Counted from the first letter of the stretch, positions 9,255-19,751 are shown. The stretch: 64,000 bases of DNA from a virus (IMGVR_UViG_3300005323_000039:1-64000), one strand, 5' to 3'. Translations and numbers: made by a program. The notes: generated by a model from the letters alone, not told the origin.

Positions 9255-9998
9255 TTAATCGAACTCCATTTTTATCAGTGATCTGATTGATTTTAATAAT
9301 GATGTGGATTTGGTATTCGGAATTTTGTACATTGGGTCAAGTATTGGAGGTGCACGTTCCACAAAGTGTTGTATAGTTGGTAATTCGTCGATACGATTGA
9401 ATAGATTTTGTGTAGTTGGACCGTAGTGATTGTTGTTGACCTCTCGAACAAAGTGTGCCATGAGTGCAGGGTATTTCTGAGTCATTTCTGATTTATACAT
9501 TATAGCTAGTGTATAGAATACGGCACATTGTTCAGATTCATCACGTTCCCAACCAGTAATTTGAGGCAGTCTGAGGTCATTTTGGAGCAGGCCATACAAC
9601 ACCATATGATTGGAACAAATAGACAGTAATTGCCATTTTTCTTCGTCATTTAGAGTTGTGTTGAAGAACTCATTAGCATTTGTTAGTGGTATCCTTTGTT
9701 CGCATACACCTAGTGTTTCGTGAAGGTTGCGCCAACTATACTGCACACTATGACAATATTCGTGTAACATCGTATAAAGTATGGCAGATGGCGGCATATT
9801 GTAAATGTGGCGCGAAGTTTGAATACATTTATTAATTTGTTCTATGTGATTCGTGTGAGGATTGTACTTACCGTTGATGTGGAATGCAGCAGGTGATTCG
9901 ATTGGCATTCGAGCGTTGTGGATTACTTGAATGTGAAGTTCGTTACCAATGGATCGAACCAAACGACGTCCTGCCATTCGTTTAATCAGGCCAATCAT
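9255..9998 (-). CDS. HExxH zinc metallopeptidase-like protein (SprT-like candidate)
   Basis: Motif MLHEYCHSVQY (HExxH with adjacent Cys as in SprT/Spartan-like domains). Confidence 0.35.
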   Translation of the reverse strand: MIGLIKRMAGRRLVRSIGNELHIQVIHNARMPIESPAAFHINGKYNPHTNHIEQINKCIQTSRHIYNMPPSAILYTMLHEYCHSVQYSWRNLHETLGVCEQRIPLTNANEFFNTTLNDEEKWQLLSICSNHMVLYGLLQNDLRLPQITGWERDESEQCAVFYTLAIMYKSEMTQKYPALMAHFVREVNNNHYGPTTQNLFNRIDELPTIQHFVERAPPILDPMYKIPNTKSTSLLKSIRSLIKMEFD

Positions 9999-10000
9999 GG

Positions 10001-10249
10001 TTAGAATACCTCATTCACATATTTGCCTATACGTTGCCAGACGTCTCCGAGCATTACGGCAAGGGCAAACCACACAACGTAATCGATTGTATCATCGAGC
10101 ACGATGACAGTCTTCAACAATACGCAGAGAGTTAGTATGAATCCTGCACCATAAACAACATTACCTTTAGTTATATTGATCATATGGAGTCGCTCCACTG
10201 AATTTGTGTTATGCCCCATCTGGTGAGCATTGCCTGGCACTTTTCGCAT
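10001..10249 (-). CDS. small membrane protein
   Basis: Hydrophobic; start overlaps 3' end of deaminase gene out of frame, true start may be internal. Confidence 0.25.
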   Translation of the reverse strand: MRKVPGNAHQMGHNTNSVERLHMINITKGNVVYGAGFILTLCVLLKTVIVLDDTIDYVVWFALAVMLGDVWQRIGKYVNEVF

Positions 10250-10530
10250 GGCTTCGCAAGGCCTCCTCCATTCCTATAAATATAGATGCTTGCGCCGATG
10301 CAATCCTTTGGGCGAGCTCCAAGCAACGCGTCCTCTTCAGCGTGAATACTATATCGTGTATACGAGGTGGAGTGAGACTGTACGTGACCTATTCTCAACC
10401 ACCGATTGTATCCTGTAGAAATGACGCGGTCTTTTTTGTATACGACTGCACCAACCTTCTGATGCATGTTTGATCTGGTGGCGATCTTGCGCGCCACCTC
10501 CACTACATTATTCGGCACATCGAGTTTCAT
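10180..10530 (-). CDS. cytidine/deoxycytidylate deaminase family zinc-binding protein
   Basis: HAEEDAL (H[AC]E) and PCEKC (PCxxC) zinc-ligand motifs in correct order and spacing. Confidence 0.7.
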   Translation of the reverse strand: MKLDVPNNVVEVARKIATRSNMHQKVGAVVYKKDRVISTGYNRWLRIGHVQSHSTSYTRYSIHAEEDALLGARPKDCIGASIYIYRNGGGLAKPCEKCQAMLTRWGITQIQWSDSI

Positions 10531-10647
10531 GCACGCTTGTTACGTAAAACTCTAATATATAGTTTACGGTGGAGTGGAGTTGACCACAACATTTAAATAT
10601 TCGTATAACGTACGGCAAAGCTGGAATAAATTAAGATCTGGAATAAA

Positions 10648-11076
10648 GTGATTGGAGTGAATGTTGTGAAGCCTGAAAAGAAGTTTAATCATGAAGCGGA
10701 GAGAGTTGGAGAAGCTGTCGGTCTGACATCCAACGACCTGCACAGACTGAGTGTACTTGGCACAAAGATTGCGGAAAGGTCTGACAAGAAGTGCAAATCT
10801 CAACTCATCGAAGAAGTGATGGAGGGAGGCAATACTCCATTGGAGGTTGCGATCCTGGGATTAATGGTCGGCGAAGGAATGTTTGCGTACAAACTGGCGG
10901 CTGCATCAGCACAAGCAAGCAAAATGTCTCCAGAAGAACTCATGCGTTTGATGAATTCGAAAGGTGAAAAGGAATCGTGTGGAGGGTCATGTTCTTCATG
11001 CGATAGTGAAGAGTCTATCGATCTAACAGGAATAGTGCCTCCAAGATCTTCAATAGACGATCCTATGTTTAGTTAG
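10648..11076 (+). CDS. hypothetical protein, acidic Cys-containing C-terminus
   Basis: ORF in + array. Confidence 0.4.
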   Translation: MIGVNVVKPEKKFNHEAERVGEAVGLTSNDLHRLSVLGTKIAERSDKKCKSQLIEEVMEGGNTPLEVAILGLMVGEGMFAYKLAAASAQASKMSPEELMRLMNSKGEKESCGGSCSSCDSEESIDLTGIVPPRSSIDDPMFS

Positions 11077-11102
11077 AGTATGAGACAATCGATTATTCTT
11101 TT

Positions 11103-11348
11103 TTGGAGGGATATATGCAATCAAGAGATATTGTATTCGAAGTCTTAACGTACAATCCAACAAATGATCCTGATCTAGGTGACACAACAGACGAACTTAG
11201 TATAATGCTCGATATCCATGGGAATACTGTGGGGTATGATTTGTGGGCGCTCCGCCGCATGCTTTACCCTGTGGAGTATGCTAAGGATTCGGAAGGAGCG
11301 AGACGTTGGTGGCGCACAGTACCAACAAAAAGCTATTCAAAAGATTAA
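11103..11348 (+). CDS. hypothetical protein
   Basis: ORF in + array; overlaps next ORF. Confidence 0.35.
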   Translation: MEGYMQSRDIVFEVLTYNPTNDPDLGDTTDELSIMLDIHGNTVGYDLWALRRMLYPVEYAKDSEGARRWWRTVPTKSYSKD

Positions 11349-11698
11349 GCAAATGGAGGAAACTTGTTGTGAAAGACGAATTACTCATCGGATACGGGGA
11401 ACTCGAACAAGAAGATTTGATCATACGGTACAAAGAATACGAGGATGACGGTTTTGGAGGATTAAAGTTTGTTGTAATACAACACAAGATACAGGACATT
11501 GGATTTTTTCCAATCGATACTGAAATCTTTGTAACAGATACAATCGGATTAAACCTTGATAAGGATGCTGAATTTGGTGCAGCCGATTCAACAAAAGTCG
11601 TGATGAAAACTTCAATTTATATTGATTGTGGTCACGATGGAATAATGTGTAACGATGGTAGCGATGACAACGACAACGAACCAACTCCAACTGATTAG
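11306..11698 (+). CDS. hypothetical protein
   Basis: ORF in + array; 44-nt overlap with polB start. Confidence 0.35.
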   Translation: MVAHSTNKKLFKRLSKWRKLVVKDELLIGYGELEQEDLIIRYKEYEDDGFGGLKFVVIQHKIQDIGFFPIDTEIFVTDTIGLNLDKDAEFGAADSTKVVMKTSIYIDCGHDGIMCNDGSDDNDNEPTPTD

Positions 11699-14123
11699 TG
11701 CTACATATTCGAATAAAGATTGGGGACGCCCTGTGGTCACACTGTACGGACGTTCAGCAACAGGCGACTATGTACAGCATGATATCAGAAAATTTGAACC
11801 CTACTTCTATGCAAAATTCGAGCCCTACTTTGAGGATGAAGTTGAGCGTTGGCTTGGAGGGTCATCTGAAATAATCAGAACGGAAGAAGTGGAGCGGTTC
11901 CTTCCCAACGGATACCAAGTACACCCTGTAAAGATGGTGCGCATAGTTACTAAATCTCCAGGAGATGTATCAAAACTTCGCGACGTGATTATTCGGAATG
12001 GTTGGGGCCAGGTATACGAAGCAGACATTATCTTCACGAACAGATTCTTAGTTGATAAAGGAATCGGAGGTATGTCGTGGGTTGAAGCCACCGGAAATAA
12101 CGTACGTTTAATTGAACGAAGCGACGACGCTCCTTTACGATTGCTCGGATTCGACATAGAATGCCTCCCTCCAGAGCATGGCGTTCCAACACCCGACAAA
12201 CACCCTGTAATTATGGTCACTGTGGCAGTGAATCGACCTGAGCGAGAAGTTAAAGCGTTTCTTGCGTTCCCCAAAGAATATGCACCGGAGGAGTTACAGT
12301 CACGCCCCGATTTAATATGGTGCACTGACGAACGCACGATGCTACAGACCTTCAAACAATTCATTCTGCAGTATAACCCTGACATCATCACAGGGTACAA
12401 TTCGAATAGATTCGACTTCGATTATCTCTTAAAAAGATATTCAGTGTATGGAATGGATTTCAATATTGGGCGGGACGGACGGCCATGTGATGTTTCGAAC
12501 TTCGGAGAAAAAGTTGAAGTTAGGTGTTCAGGGCGCGTTGTATTCGACACAATGAATATTATAAAGGATAATTATTCATTGGATAGTTATTCGTTAAGCA
12601 ATGTTGCTCACAAATTAATTGATAAAGAAAAACTGGATGTTAAACCGTCTGAAATGCGGCAACTTTGGTTGGATGGAGGCTTGTCACGGTTCGTTGAATA
12701 TGCTCTAAAAGATGCGGACCTTGTGTTGGATTTAGTCGAAGAACTCCGCCTAATTGATAAATACTCTGCTATATGTAAAGCAAGCGGAGTTCTACTACAC
12801 GACTGTATGAATGGAGGACAAACGATTCGATTGGAGTCGTTACTGTTGCGTGCGTTCAGGCAAAACAATAGAGTGTTCCCACTTAAACCAAAGGGTGAAG
12901 TCGTAGGCGAAGACTTTAAAGGTGCTCTAGTCTATGCCGAAAAAGGTATACATGAGAACGTCATAATATGTGATTTTACTTCACTTTACTCTTCGATAAT
13001 TCGTGCGTACAATATTAGTTGGGACACCATCATAAACGATCCATTGTTGTGTGGTGAGAACGTTATAAAGACTCCTAATGGAGCAGAATTTGTATCTAAG
13101 GCTCAATTGGAAGGAATATTACCAAAAATTCTAGCGGAGTTGTATCAAAAGCGCGTTGATGCAAAAGCCCTTATGAAATCCTCTAAAGATCCTAAATCTA
13201 AAGCGTATTTCGATGACATGCAAAATGCTTTTAAAATTATATTGAACAGTGCATATGGAATGTGTGGTCAGAAGAGGTCAAGACTATACGATCAGCGTAT
13301 TGCTAGTGCTGTAACTTCAATTGGAAGAGAAACCATAACGAACACTCAAAAAATAGTCGAATCGATGCTTCTGTCAGTTAAATTGAAGACCATACTTTTG
13401 GACACCGACTCACTATACTTATCTTCTGATAAGGATATTACACCGAGTGAAGCCGAATCGATCGGATCTGCAATAAACGTCGAGATGAGTAAACATTTGC
13501 CTCCTCCAATGAATTTTGCATTTGAAGCGTTCGCTCGTCGCATAATGATACTAGAGAGAAAGCGATACATGGCGCTTCTGGTAGACTCTAATGGAAAACA
13601 AAAAATGAAGGTTCGTGGCATTGAGATTGTGCGACGAGATTGGTCCCAACTTACAAAAGAAGTTATGAAGCATTGTTTCGATTTAATCTTGATTGAAGGC
13701 AAAACCGAAGAAGCTTTAAAGTATTGCAGAGATGTTATACAAAAGGTTGAACAACTCCAAAACATTAAAGACAATAAAGAACTTGCAGACAAGTTAATCC
13801 TTAGCAAGAAGATTGGACGAAATGCTTCCCAATATAAGTGTATTCAACCGCATGTCACTGTAATGGAGCGTATGAAGCAACGCGGAGAGCCAACATACGG
13901 TCTTGGAGACCGCATACCTTATTTCGTGTTACCAGGGGACGGTCCAATCAGTCTGAGAGTTGACCATCCTGACTTCGTTCGCGAAAATGGCGGTCGTATC
14001 GATACTTCATGGTATGTTGAGGTGCAGTTAGTCGGACCGCTGGCTAGAGTGTTCGAAGCGTTAGGTATCTCCAAGGAACGATTAACTGAAAAGAGCAAAC
14101 AAAAAAGTTTGTTCGACTTTTAG
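11655..14123 (+). CDS. polB: family B DNA polymerase with 3'-5' proofreading exonuclease
   Basis: Exo I FDIE, Exo II YNSNRFDFDYL, Exo III YALKDADLV; Pol motif A DFTSLYSSII, motif B KIILNSAYG, motif C LLDTDSLY; 822 aa, no intein-sized insertion. Confidence 0.9.
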   Translation: MVAMTTTTNQLQLISATYSNKDWGRPVVTLYGRSATGDYVQHDIRKFEPYFYAKFEPYFEDEVERWLGGSSEIIRTEEVERFLPNGYQVHPVKMVRIVTKSPGDVSKLRDVIIRNGWGQVYEADIIFTNRFLVDKGIGGMSWVEATGNNVRLIERSDDAPLRLLGFDIECLPPEHGVPTPDKHPVIMVTVAVNRPEREVKAFLAFPKEYAPEELQSRPDLIWCTDERTMLQTFKQFILQYNPDIITGYNSNRFDFDYLLKRYSVYGMDFNIGRDGRPCDVSNFGEKVEVRCSGRVVFDTMNIIKDNYSLDSYSLSNVAHKLIDKEKLDVKPSEMRQLWLDGGLSRFVEYALKDADLVLDLVEELRLIDKYSAICKASGVLLHDCMNGGQTIRLESLLLRAFRQNNRVFPLKPKGEVVGEDFKGALVYAEKGIHENVIICDFTSLYSSIIRAYNISWDTIINDPLLCGENVIKTPNGAEFVSKAQLEGILPKILAELYQKRVDAKALMKSSKDPKSKAYFDDMQNAFKIILNSAYGMCGQKRSRLYDQRIASAVTSIGRETITNTQKIVESMLLSVKLKTILLDTDSLYLSSDKDITPSEAESIGSAINVEMSKHLPPPMNFAFEAFARRIMILERKRYMALLVDSNGKQKMKVRGIEIVRRDWSQLTKEVMKHCFDLILIEGKTEEALKYCRDVIQKVEQLQNIKDNKELADKLILSKKIGRNASQYKCIQPHVTVMERMKQRGEPTYGLGDRIPYFVLPGDGPISLRVDHPDFVRENGGRIDTSWYVEVQLVGPLARVFEALGISKERLTEKSKQKSLFDF

Positions 14124-14309
14124 TACCACAAATATTAAATACACGTTTAACGTAACCCTACTTTATGAAACACCGAACTCTAATTGATATTGATGAAGAG
14201 GCTGCTGTAGAACTATTGTGTGCGACACATATGTTGCCTTCGTTCTTGGTAACATCACAAGCAGAATTTACAGCCATCATACTTGCGACTATAACGACGG
14301 AGGCTTAAC

Positions 14310-14606
14310 ATGGTCAAATCAAACATAGATGATCTAATTGAAGACTCTCAAGCACTTGCATCAGATTGTCGAGATGAACCTTCCAAGTATGGCAAGATGG
14401 CTCCTGATTGTATCGAGCAGTTGCTTCATTATATTAAAGTTATGAATGTAGTGTATGAGGCTCGATTAATCGAACAAAGAGCGTCGTATCTTGCTCAAAA
14501 GTTTAGGCATGCGGAATTGTTTGAATTGACTCGATCTCACAAAGAATCGTTTAGAAGAGGAGCGAAGAGACAACTTTTGCGCAAAGGCGAGTTGGAGGTA
14601 TTGTAA
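14310..14606 (+). CDS. hypothetical protein
   Basis: ORF in + array. Confidence 0.4.
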   Translation: MVKSNIDDLIEDSQALASDCRDEPSKYGKMAPDCIEQLLHYIKVMNVVYEARLIEQRASYLAQKFRHAELFELTRSHKESFRRGAKRQLLRKGELEVL

Positions 14607-14756
14607 GTGACGAATTCAACTTGGGGTGGTAATGTACAATGAACATGTGGCCAAACAGCTTTTGGTTGAATATAACAATAGCACTGTGTTTGTTGCTATT
14701 GACCCTAAATTATTTAGGATATACTTTACCGTATAAATAGAACCGAGGTAGATTAA

Positions 14757-15119
14757 ATGAACGACAAGATTAATAGAATAGTGATGTCGATAAAGGGTGG
14801 AGAGTTTCCGTTCCATTTGGAAGCTTTTAGAGAAGGTTCCGAAGAAGTGGCAATATATGCGGATGGAGTTGAACTAAAAGGCGCATTAGAGCGAATTGCG
14901 AGTCTATCAGGCGAACCAATTGAAGACTTGGTAAAGCTTGTGCAATTCGTTGCTTGCGTGCACCCAACGTTGGGCATTGTTACTGACGTATATGGAATAG
15001 TTGTTTGCAAGAATTGCGGGCAAGTTGGGCGCGTTGCAGGTCCAACGTTTGAATCGATTGTCTGGACAAATAAAAGGATTCCCTTAGAAGTTGTTGCCAA
15101 GTATGGACGTAAAGTATAA
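14757..15119 (+). CDS. hypothetical protein
   Basis: ORF in + array; CKNCGQ pair. Confidence 0.4.
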   Translation: MNDKINRIVMSIKGGEFPFHLEAFREGSEEVAIYADGVELKGALERIASLSGEPIEDLVKLVQFVACVHPTLGIVTDVYGIVVCKNCGQVGRVAGPTFESIVWTNKRIPLEVVAKYGRKV

Positions 15120-15171
15120 ATAACAATTAAACGTATGCTAAGGCAATCAATTAAAAGGACGTGAACATGGT

Positions 15172-15489
15172 ATGGCTGATATGGCAATCCGCATAAGACC
15201 AATTGATCCTGAATTTGTACAGATCGTCAGTATGTTTAGGGTCAAGCGTGCAAGAGATCTACCATCTGCTTACATGACAGGCTATCCTAAAGTCTTCCAG
15301 TGGGACGATGGTAAGGGCATCTCTGTTGTGATGGATCACAGGGTAGGCAAGACAGTAAAATGTAATGACGTGATGCACAAAATGGAATTCGACATCCTTG
15401 TAGATAGTATTCGCGCATCTGGCAATCGACTCCATGAGATAATGAAGACCACTCCAAAGGACACAACAACTCAAGTAATATCTATTTGA
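15172..15489 (+). CDS. hypothetical protein
   Basis: ORF in + array. Confidence 0.4.
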   Translation: MADMAIRIRPIDPEFVQIVSMFRVKRARDLPSAYMTGYPKVFQWDDGKGISVVMDHRVGKTVKCNDVMHKMEFDILVDSIRASGNRLHEIMKTTPKDTTTQVISI

Positions 15490-15493
15490 TGGA

Positions 15494-15760
15494 GTGATTA
15501 CTGTGAAAGAAGAAGTTTCGCAACATTTAATGGGATTGAGCAAGGCGTTCGAACTGTTAGCTGTAGCCTCAACAATCGATAAATATGATGCTGTTGTTAT
15601 TGAGCAGTTGGAGTGCTTCAGAGAAGTAGTGGACGAGATTGTATCCAGCAGGGGTGACATTGATGAGGAAAAGTGCAAACAAATAATCAAGCGAGCATCC
15701 GATGGATTGAGCGCGTTCGGAGCATCTCAAACTGCTGAAAAATTCGATCGCAACATCTGA
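15494..15760 (+). CDS. hypothetical protein
   Basis: ORF in + array. Confidence 0.4.
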   Translation: MITVKEEVSQHLMGLSKAFELLAVASTIDKYDAVVIEQLECFREVVDEIVSSRGDIDEEKCKQIIKRASDGLSAFGASQTAEKFDRNI

Positions 15761-15768
15761 AGGAGGAA

Positions 15769-16056
15769 TTGATGTTTAACTTTTTGCGTAATTTGTTTAG
15801 ACAAAGGGGCCATAACAATGTTGCCCTAGCATGTCACCTCCACAAAATATCCGAAGTGTTGGACATGTTGTCTCATATGGCGAGTACAGAACCAGAAGGA
15901 ACACCTGACGTAACAGTCCAAAGCGTTCACTACATGCAACGTTTGCTTGAAGAAATTACGTCGAGTAAAGGCAACATAAACGAAGACCACATGTTGCAAA
16001 TACTTGAAGAGGCTAATGCGTACGCTCGAAAGGTACGAACAGAGCGAACCATGTAA
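15769..16056 (+). CDS. hypothetical protein
   Basis: AAGGAGGAATTG SD-like sequence immediately upstream of ATG. Confidence 0.45.
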   Translation: MMFNFLRNLFRQRGHNNVALACHLHKISEVLDMLSHMASTEPEGTPDVTVQSVHYMQRLLEEITSSKGNINEDHMLQILEEANAYARKVRTERTM

Positions 16057-16191
16057 ACAATACTTCGCGTCAAATTTTAACTCTTTTTGTCAGATTAAAA
16101 ATTTTCGCGAGGTATTAACATCTATTCTGAGTATAACTTTTCTGTTGACGAATTAATCAAGCTATATCAAGCGACACAATCGTTCAAAGCG

Positions 16192-17049
16192 ATGGGCAAC
16201 ATTTTAGGCATTCCGAGACATGATGTAAAACGACTATGGTATGATGTGGTGGGAGTTGATCCAGTGAACTTGGGCATTCGAAGGAGGAAGAATGACCGTA
16301 TGGTTGCGATTGTATCAGACCTACATTATGGGTCGCTGTATCAGCAACCGACTGCTCTAAACTCTTTTGTAGTGGATTGCTTGAACGCTAACATTGATAC
16401 ACTTGTTTGTTGCGGTGATATAGTCGACGGCTTAATGTATCGTAAGTTGCATAAGAGTGAGAGATTTTTGCATAACGTTGAAGACTACATAGAGTACGTG
16501 GCATGCCATTATCCATACGGCTTTAAACACAATATATTCATTACAGGAAATCATTGCAGAACGCTCGATTCTAAATGTGTTAAAGTTTATGGGCATGATT
16601 TTGGAACAGAATTGACGGTGCGAAGACCAGATTTAACGTACCTTCCAGGCGTAAATGGTACAAATGCTACATACCAATTAGAGCATCTCAGAATTCATAT
16701 GTATCATGGAGGGAAGGGCCACAACCAACACACATGTAGCCAAAATCGAACAGATCGTACGCAAAAGATATGTGACGATTTACTCGAACTAGATATGCGT
16801 ACGGACATTTTACTTTGTGGCCATTGCCACTCTACGAGTTTTTTGCCGTCATATCGTGGGGTTGCTGTAGCAGGTTTAGGGTGTTTTCAGTCCGCAACAG
16901 CGCGCATGGAGTTGGTAGGTTCTTTACCAGACACGTGCAGTCAAGTTTTATACTACGAAATAAAAGACGATAGAGCGTGTCATTTAAATGTAGAATTTAG
17001 GTATTTTACGCCTGCTCCACTTGACGTAGAGCAAGAATATTTAGAATAA
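16192..17049 (+). CDS. calcineurin-like metallophosphoesterase (Mre11/SbcD-type motif order), paralogue 1
   Basis: Motifs DLHYG (DxH), CCGDIVDG (GD), ITGNHC, YHGG, CGHCHS (GHxH). Confidence 0.7.
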   Translation: MGNILGIPRHDVKRLWYDVVGVDPVNLGIRRRKNDRMVAIVSDLHYGSLYQQPTALNSFVVDCLNANIDTLVCCGDIVDGLMYRKLHKSERFLHNVEDYIEYVACHYPYGFKHNIFITGNHCRTLDSKCVKVYGHDFGTELTVRRPDLTYLPGVNGTNATYQLEHLRIHMYHGGKGHNQHTCSQNRTDRTQKICDDLLELDMRTDILLCGHCHSTSFLPSYRGVAVAGLGCFQSATARMELVGSLPDTCSQVLYYEIKDDRACHLNVEFRYFTPAPLDVEQEYLE

Positions 17050-17107
17050 ACGAGATAAACAATACGTTTAAATAAGAGTAATACGTACAGGGGCGCGAGG
17101 TGTTTAA

Positions 17108-17929
17108 GTGCCTTTAGATTTAGCTGCAAAGTTGAAAATCGGATTAGTCGGAATACTAGTCTTAGGTGTATTGTTTATGTTCGTTGGGCCTGTCTACACA
17201 GTGGACGCAGGTGAGCGCGGAGTGCTTCTGACGTGGGGCAAAGTGTCGTCTGGAGCGATTGGCCCAGGACTCCACTTCAAGATACCTGTTGTACAGTCTG
17301 TTGCGAAGTTCAATGTTCAGACTCAAAAGTACGACGCAGATGCAACAGCCGCATCAAAAGATCTACAGACCGTCCATACGACAATTGCCGTTATACATCA
17401 CCTACGACCGGAAAGTGTTCCCACAATCTATTCGGACTTGGGCTACAGTTACGGTGATAGAGTAATCCAACCTCTCGTGCAAGAAGTCGTTAAAGCCTCC
17501 ACAGCAAAATATTTTGCAGACGAATTGATCACAAGAAGAGCAGACGTTGCTAGTGTGATACAAAACACTCTAAAGGAAAGGCTCGCTCCATACGGCATAT
17601 TAGTGGAGAGCACTGCCATTACAAATTTCGACTTCAGCAAAAGCTTTAGTGATGCTATTGAGGCAAAAGTGACTGCAACTCAGCAAAAACAAAAAGCTGA
17701 AATGGATCTGCAAAGAGTTAAGGTCGAGGCCGACATGAAGGTTGCTCAAGCTGAAGCAGAAGCTAAAGCTTTGAAAATGCAGCGCGAGGCTATCACGCCA
17801 GACCTAATCGAGCTCAGAAAAATTGAGGTCCAGAAAGTTGCAGTTGATAAGTGGAATGGACAACTCCCAACGTACGTTGGTTCGGATGCAATTCCGTTTA
17901 TTGGAGTAGGTGGCAAGTTGACCGCCTAA
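17108..17929 (+). CDS. SPFH/band-7 (prohibitin/HflK-like) membrane protein
   Basis: N-terminal TM helix followed by band-7-like core and C-terminal AQAEAEAKA coiled coil typical of SPFH proteins. Confidence 0.6.
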   Translation: MPLDLAAKLKIGLVGILVLGVLFMFVGPVYTVDAGERGVLLTWGKVSSGAIGPGLHFKIPVVQSVAKFNVQTQKYDADATAASKDLQTVHTTIAVIHHLRPESVPTIYSDLGYSYGDRVIQPLVQEVVKASTAKYFADELITRRADVASVIQNTLKERLAPYGILVESTAITNFDFSKSFSDAIEAKVTATQQKQKAEMDLQRVKVEADMKVAQAEAEAKALKMQREAITPDLIELRKIEVQKVAVDKWNGQLPTYVGSDAIPFIGVGGKLTA

Positions 17930-17959
17930 ATTTTTTCTTATTTCATATGGAGTGATATT

Positions 17960-18304
17960 ATGGACAAGCTTGAGGAAATAGTAAAGGACGTGGAGTTTGA
18001 CAACAATATTCGCTTAATACTACAACTATTAGAAAATGTTAAAGAAGGTCTTCCATTAATGCCAGCCAAATCACTCGGTTCGATTGCAGACAGCATCACA
18101 CCCGAAGACATGGCTATACTGGTTACGTGGTTTATGAATCATGGAAAAGAACTAATTCAAGATTACATTAAAGCTAAAAATGGTTGCATCATTTGGAGAT
18201 CAATGGCTATAAAAAGTGAGCGCGAGTTACAACGACTGAATCCAGGACAAGGCACATTCCTTCTACCTGAAGATTTAGATGGAGCTGAAACACTCGATGA
18301 ATAA
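17960..18304 (+). CDS. hypothetical protein
   Basis: ORF in + array. Confidence 0.4.
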   Translation: MDKLEEIVKDVEFDNNIRLILQLLENVKEGLPLMPAKSLGSIADSITPEDMAILVTWFMNHGKELIQDYIKAKNGCIIWRSMAIKSERELQRLNPGQGTFLLPEDLDGAETLDE

Positions 18305-18545
18305 GACTGTATGCAACCCTTACGATTGTATAAAGTGCAGGCACTTGGGCCGCATGATGAATGGCAAGTGGCGTTCAATTAATCCTGTAAAGAATTTTGG
18401 AGTTAACAGAATACCAATATTTGAACGATTTTGCTACAAGTTTGAGCAATTCCTTCTTGAAGAACCCGACGGAACAACCTATGCATGTGATGAATGTAAG
18501 ATTCCAGAATTCATAACAAAAACTTGGTATAAAGATTGTATGTAG
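18279..18545 (+). CDS. small zinc-ribbon protein
   Basis: CIKC...CDEC Cys pairs. Confidence 0.4.
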   Translation: MELKHSMNKTVCNPYDCIKCRHLGRMMNGKWRSINPVKNFGVNRIPIFERFCYKFEQFLLEEPDGTTYACDECKIPEFITKTWYKDCM

Positions 18546-18558
18546 TGAGGCAGAAATT

Positions 18559-18843
18559 ATGCCAATATGTAAAACATGTAACATAAAATATCACCATTGT
18601 AGCAGTTGTGGCTATAGTGAATGGTACAATGAGGACGTTTATTGTTCGGAGAAATGCGCTATGTTAAGCGAAGAATACAAAGACATTAAGCAAACAATCG
18701 AAAGTTTGTTGGATAAACTCGACGAAGACGGTAAGGCTAAATTAGCTCATCTGTTGTACGATTGCGACCCTGACATAACGGACGTTGTTGTGAGAGAGGA
18801 GTTCAAGGGTAAGATTGGAATGGAGGGATGGGGCCTATGGTAA
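18559..18843 (+). CDS. small zinc-ribbon protein
   Basis: CKTC..CSSC..C..C Cys pairs at N-terminus. Confidence 0.4.
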   Translation: MPICKTCNIKYHHCSSCGYSEWYNEDVYCSEKCAMLSEEYKDIKQTIESLLDKLDEDGKAKLAHLLYDCDPDITDVVVREEFKGKIGMEGWGLW

Positions 18844-19088
18844 ACAACGAACAAAAATCTACAGAAGGTTTTACCTTTGTGGATGTGGAAGAAACCTATC
18901 GAATAACTCATACGCGTCATCCTTCAATCACAAGAGATGAGTTTTACGCACGTCTGGAAAAGTTAGAGAGTCTTGGTATGATACAGACTAAGCGTGATTC
19001 AGAAAACAACATAACTCACATCTCGGGCACGAAAGCAGGCGTTCGGAAAACAAAAGAACATGATGCTACAGGAGGGCTATATCGATAA
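18828..19088 (+). CDS. hypothetical protein
   Basis: ORF in + array. Confidence 0.4.
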   Translation: MGPMVNNEQKSTEGFTFVDVEETYRITHTRHPSITRDEFYARLEKLESLGMIQTKRDSENNITHISGTKAGVRKTKEHDATGGLYR

Positions 19089-19375
19089 TGATTCTTAATT
19101 TTGATCAATTTTTGTTATGGTTATGGCAAGATATATGGGAGCGGCCTGCCTTCTACGTAACGATGATATTGTCGTTGCTTGGTGCGCATTTGACATCTGG
19201 CCCTAAAGGTAATGCAAGGCTCAGAGGACTCGGATTTATGGTATGGATCTTCTCCAATGGGTACATCGGATGGAGTTTCTTGTTGGAACAGAACTGGCCC
19301 ATGGTCGTGACATTTGGTGCGTACGAACTCTACAACGCACGTGGTGTATGGAACAATTGGTTCAAAAAGAGCTAG
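19088..19375 (+). CDS. membrane protein (2-3 TM)
   Basis: Hydrophobic ORF, start overlaps previous stop. Confidence 0.4.
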   Translation: MILNFDQFLLWLWQDIWERPAFYVTMILSLLGAHLTSGPKGNARLRGLGFMVWIFSNGYIGWSFLLEQNWPMVVTFGAYELYNARGVWNNWFKKS

Positions 19376-19444
19376 AGTTAGGCTCAGAGTTAGGTTTAAA
19401 TAGTAGCGTAACGTTACAATCTGAACAAAGGATGTGTGATTTGA

Positions 19445-19639
19445 ATGGATTTGTTAGAGGTAGGACTGATTTTGTTGGGTATTCTTAATTTTGCCCTAGC
19501 AGGAATACTAACATACCAAGTATACCAAGTTATTGATTGCGATCTTCCAACAACGAACAAATTGGGTAGCGTGTTTGCTATCGTTTTGAACGTATTGGCG
19601 GGTTCGTGGTGTGTGGCAATCGGATTAGATTTAATATGA
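19445..19639 (+). CDS. small membrane protein
   Basis: Two hydrophobic segments. Confidence 0.35.
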   Translation: MDLLEVGLILLGILNFALAGILTYQVYQVIDCDLPTTNKLGSVFAIVLNVLAGSWCVAIGLDLI

Positions 19640-19751
19640 TGGAGTTGATGGCATGGTATTAAGTATTTGGGAGGAAGCGTTGCTTGAGGCAATCGAATGA
19701 TATGAGGAACGTGCGATTGCTGGCAAATTTGAAGACAACTATTGTTGTCCT

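Noticed and set aside
11825-13807. Minus-strand ORFs 11825..12400, 12608..12868 and 13346..13807 inside the polB gene
   Set aside because: They lie antisense within a gene with unambiguous family-B polymerase motifs. Their translations are Ser/Arg/Cys-rich low-complexity, so they are spurious shadow ORFs. The same logic applies to 4496..5023, 14753..15202, 15259..15690, 25109..25516, 27104..27676, 37262..37700, 43746..44006, 52286..52657 and similar antisense ORFs.
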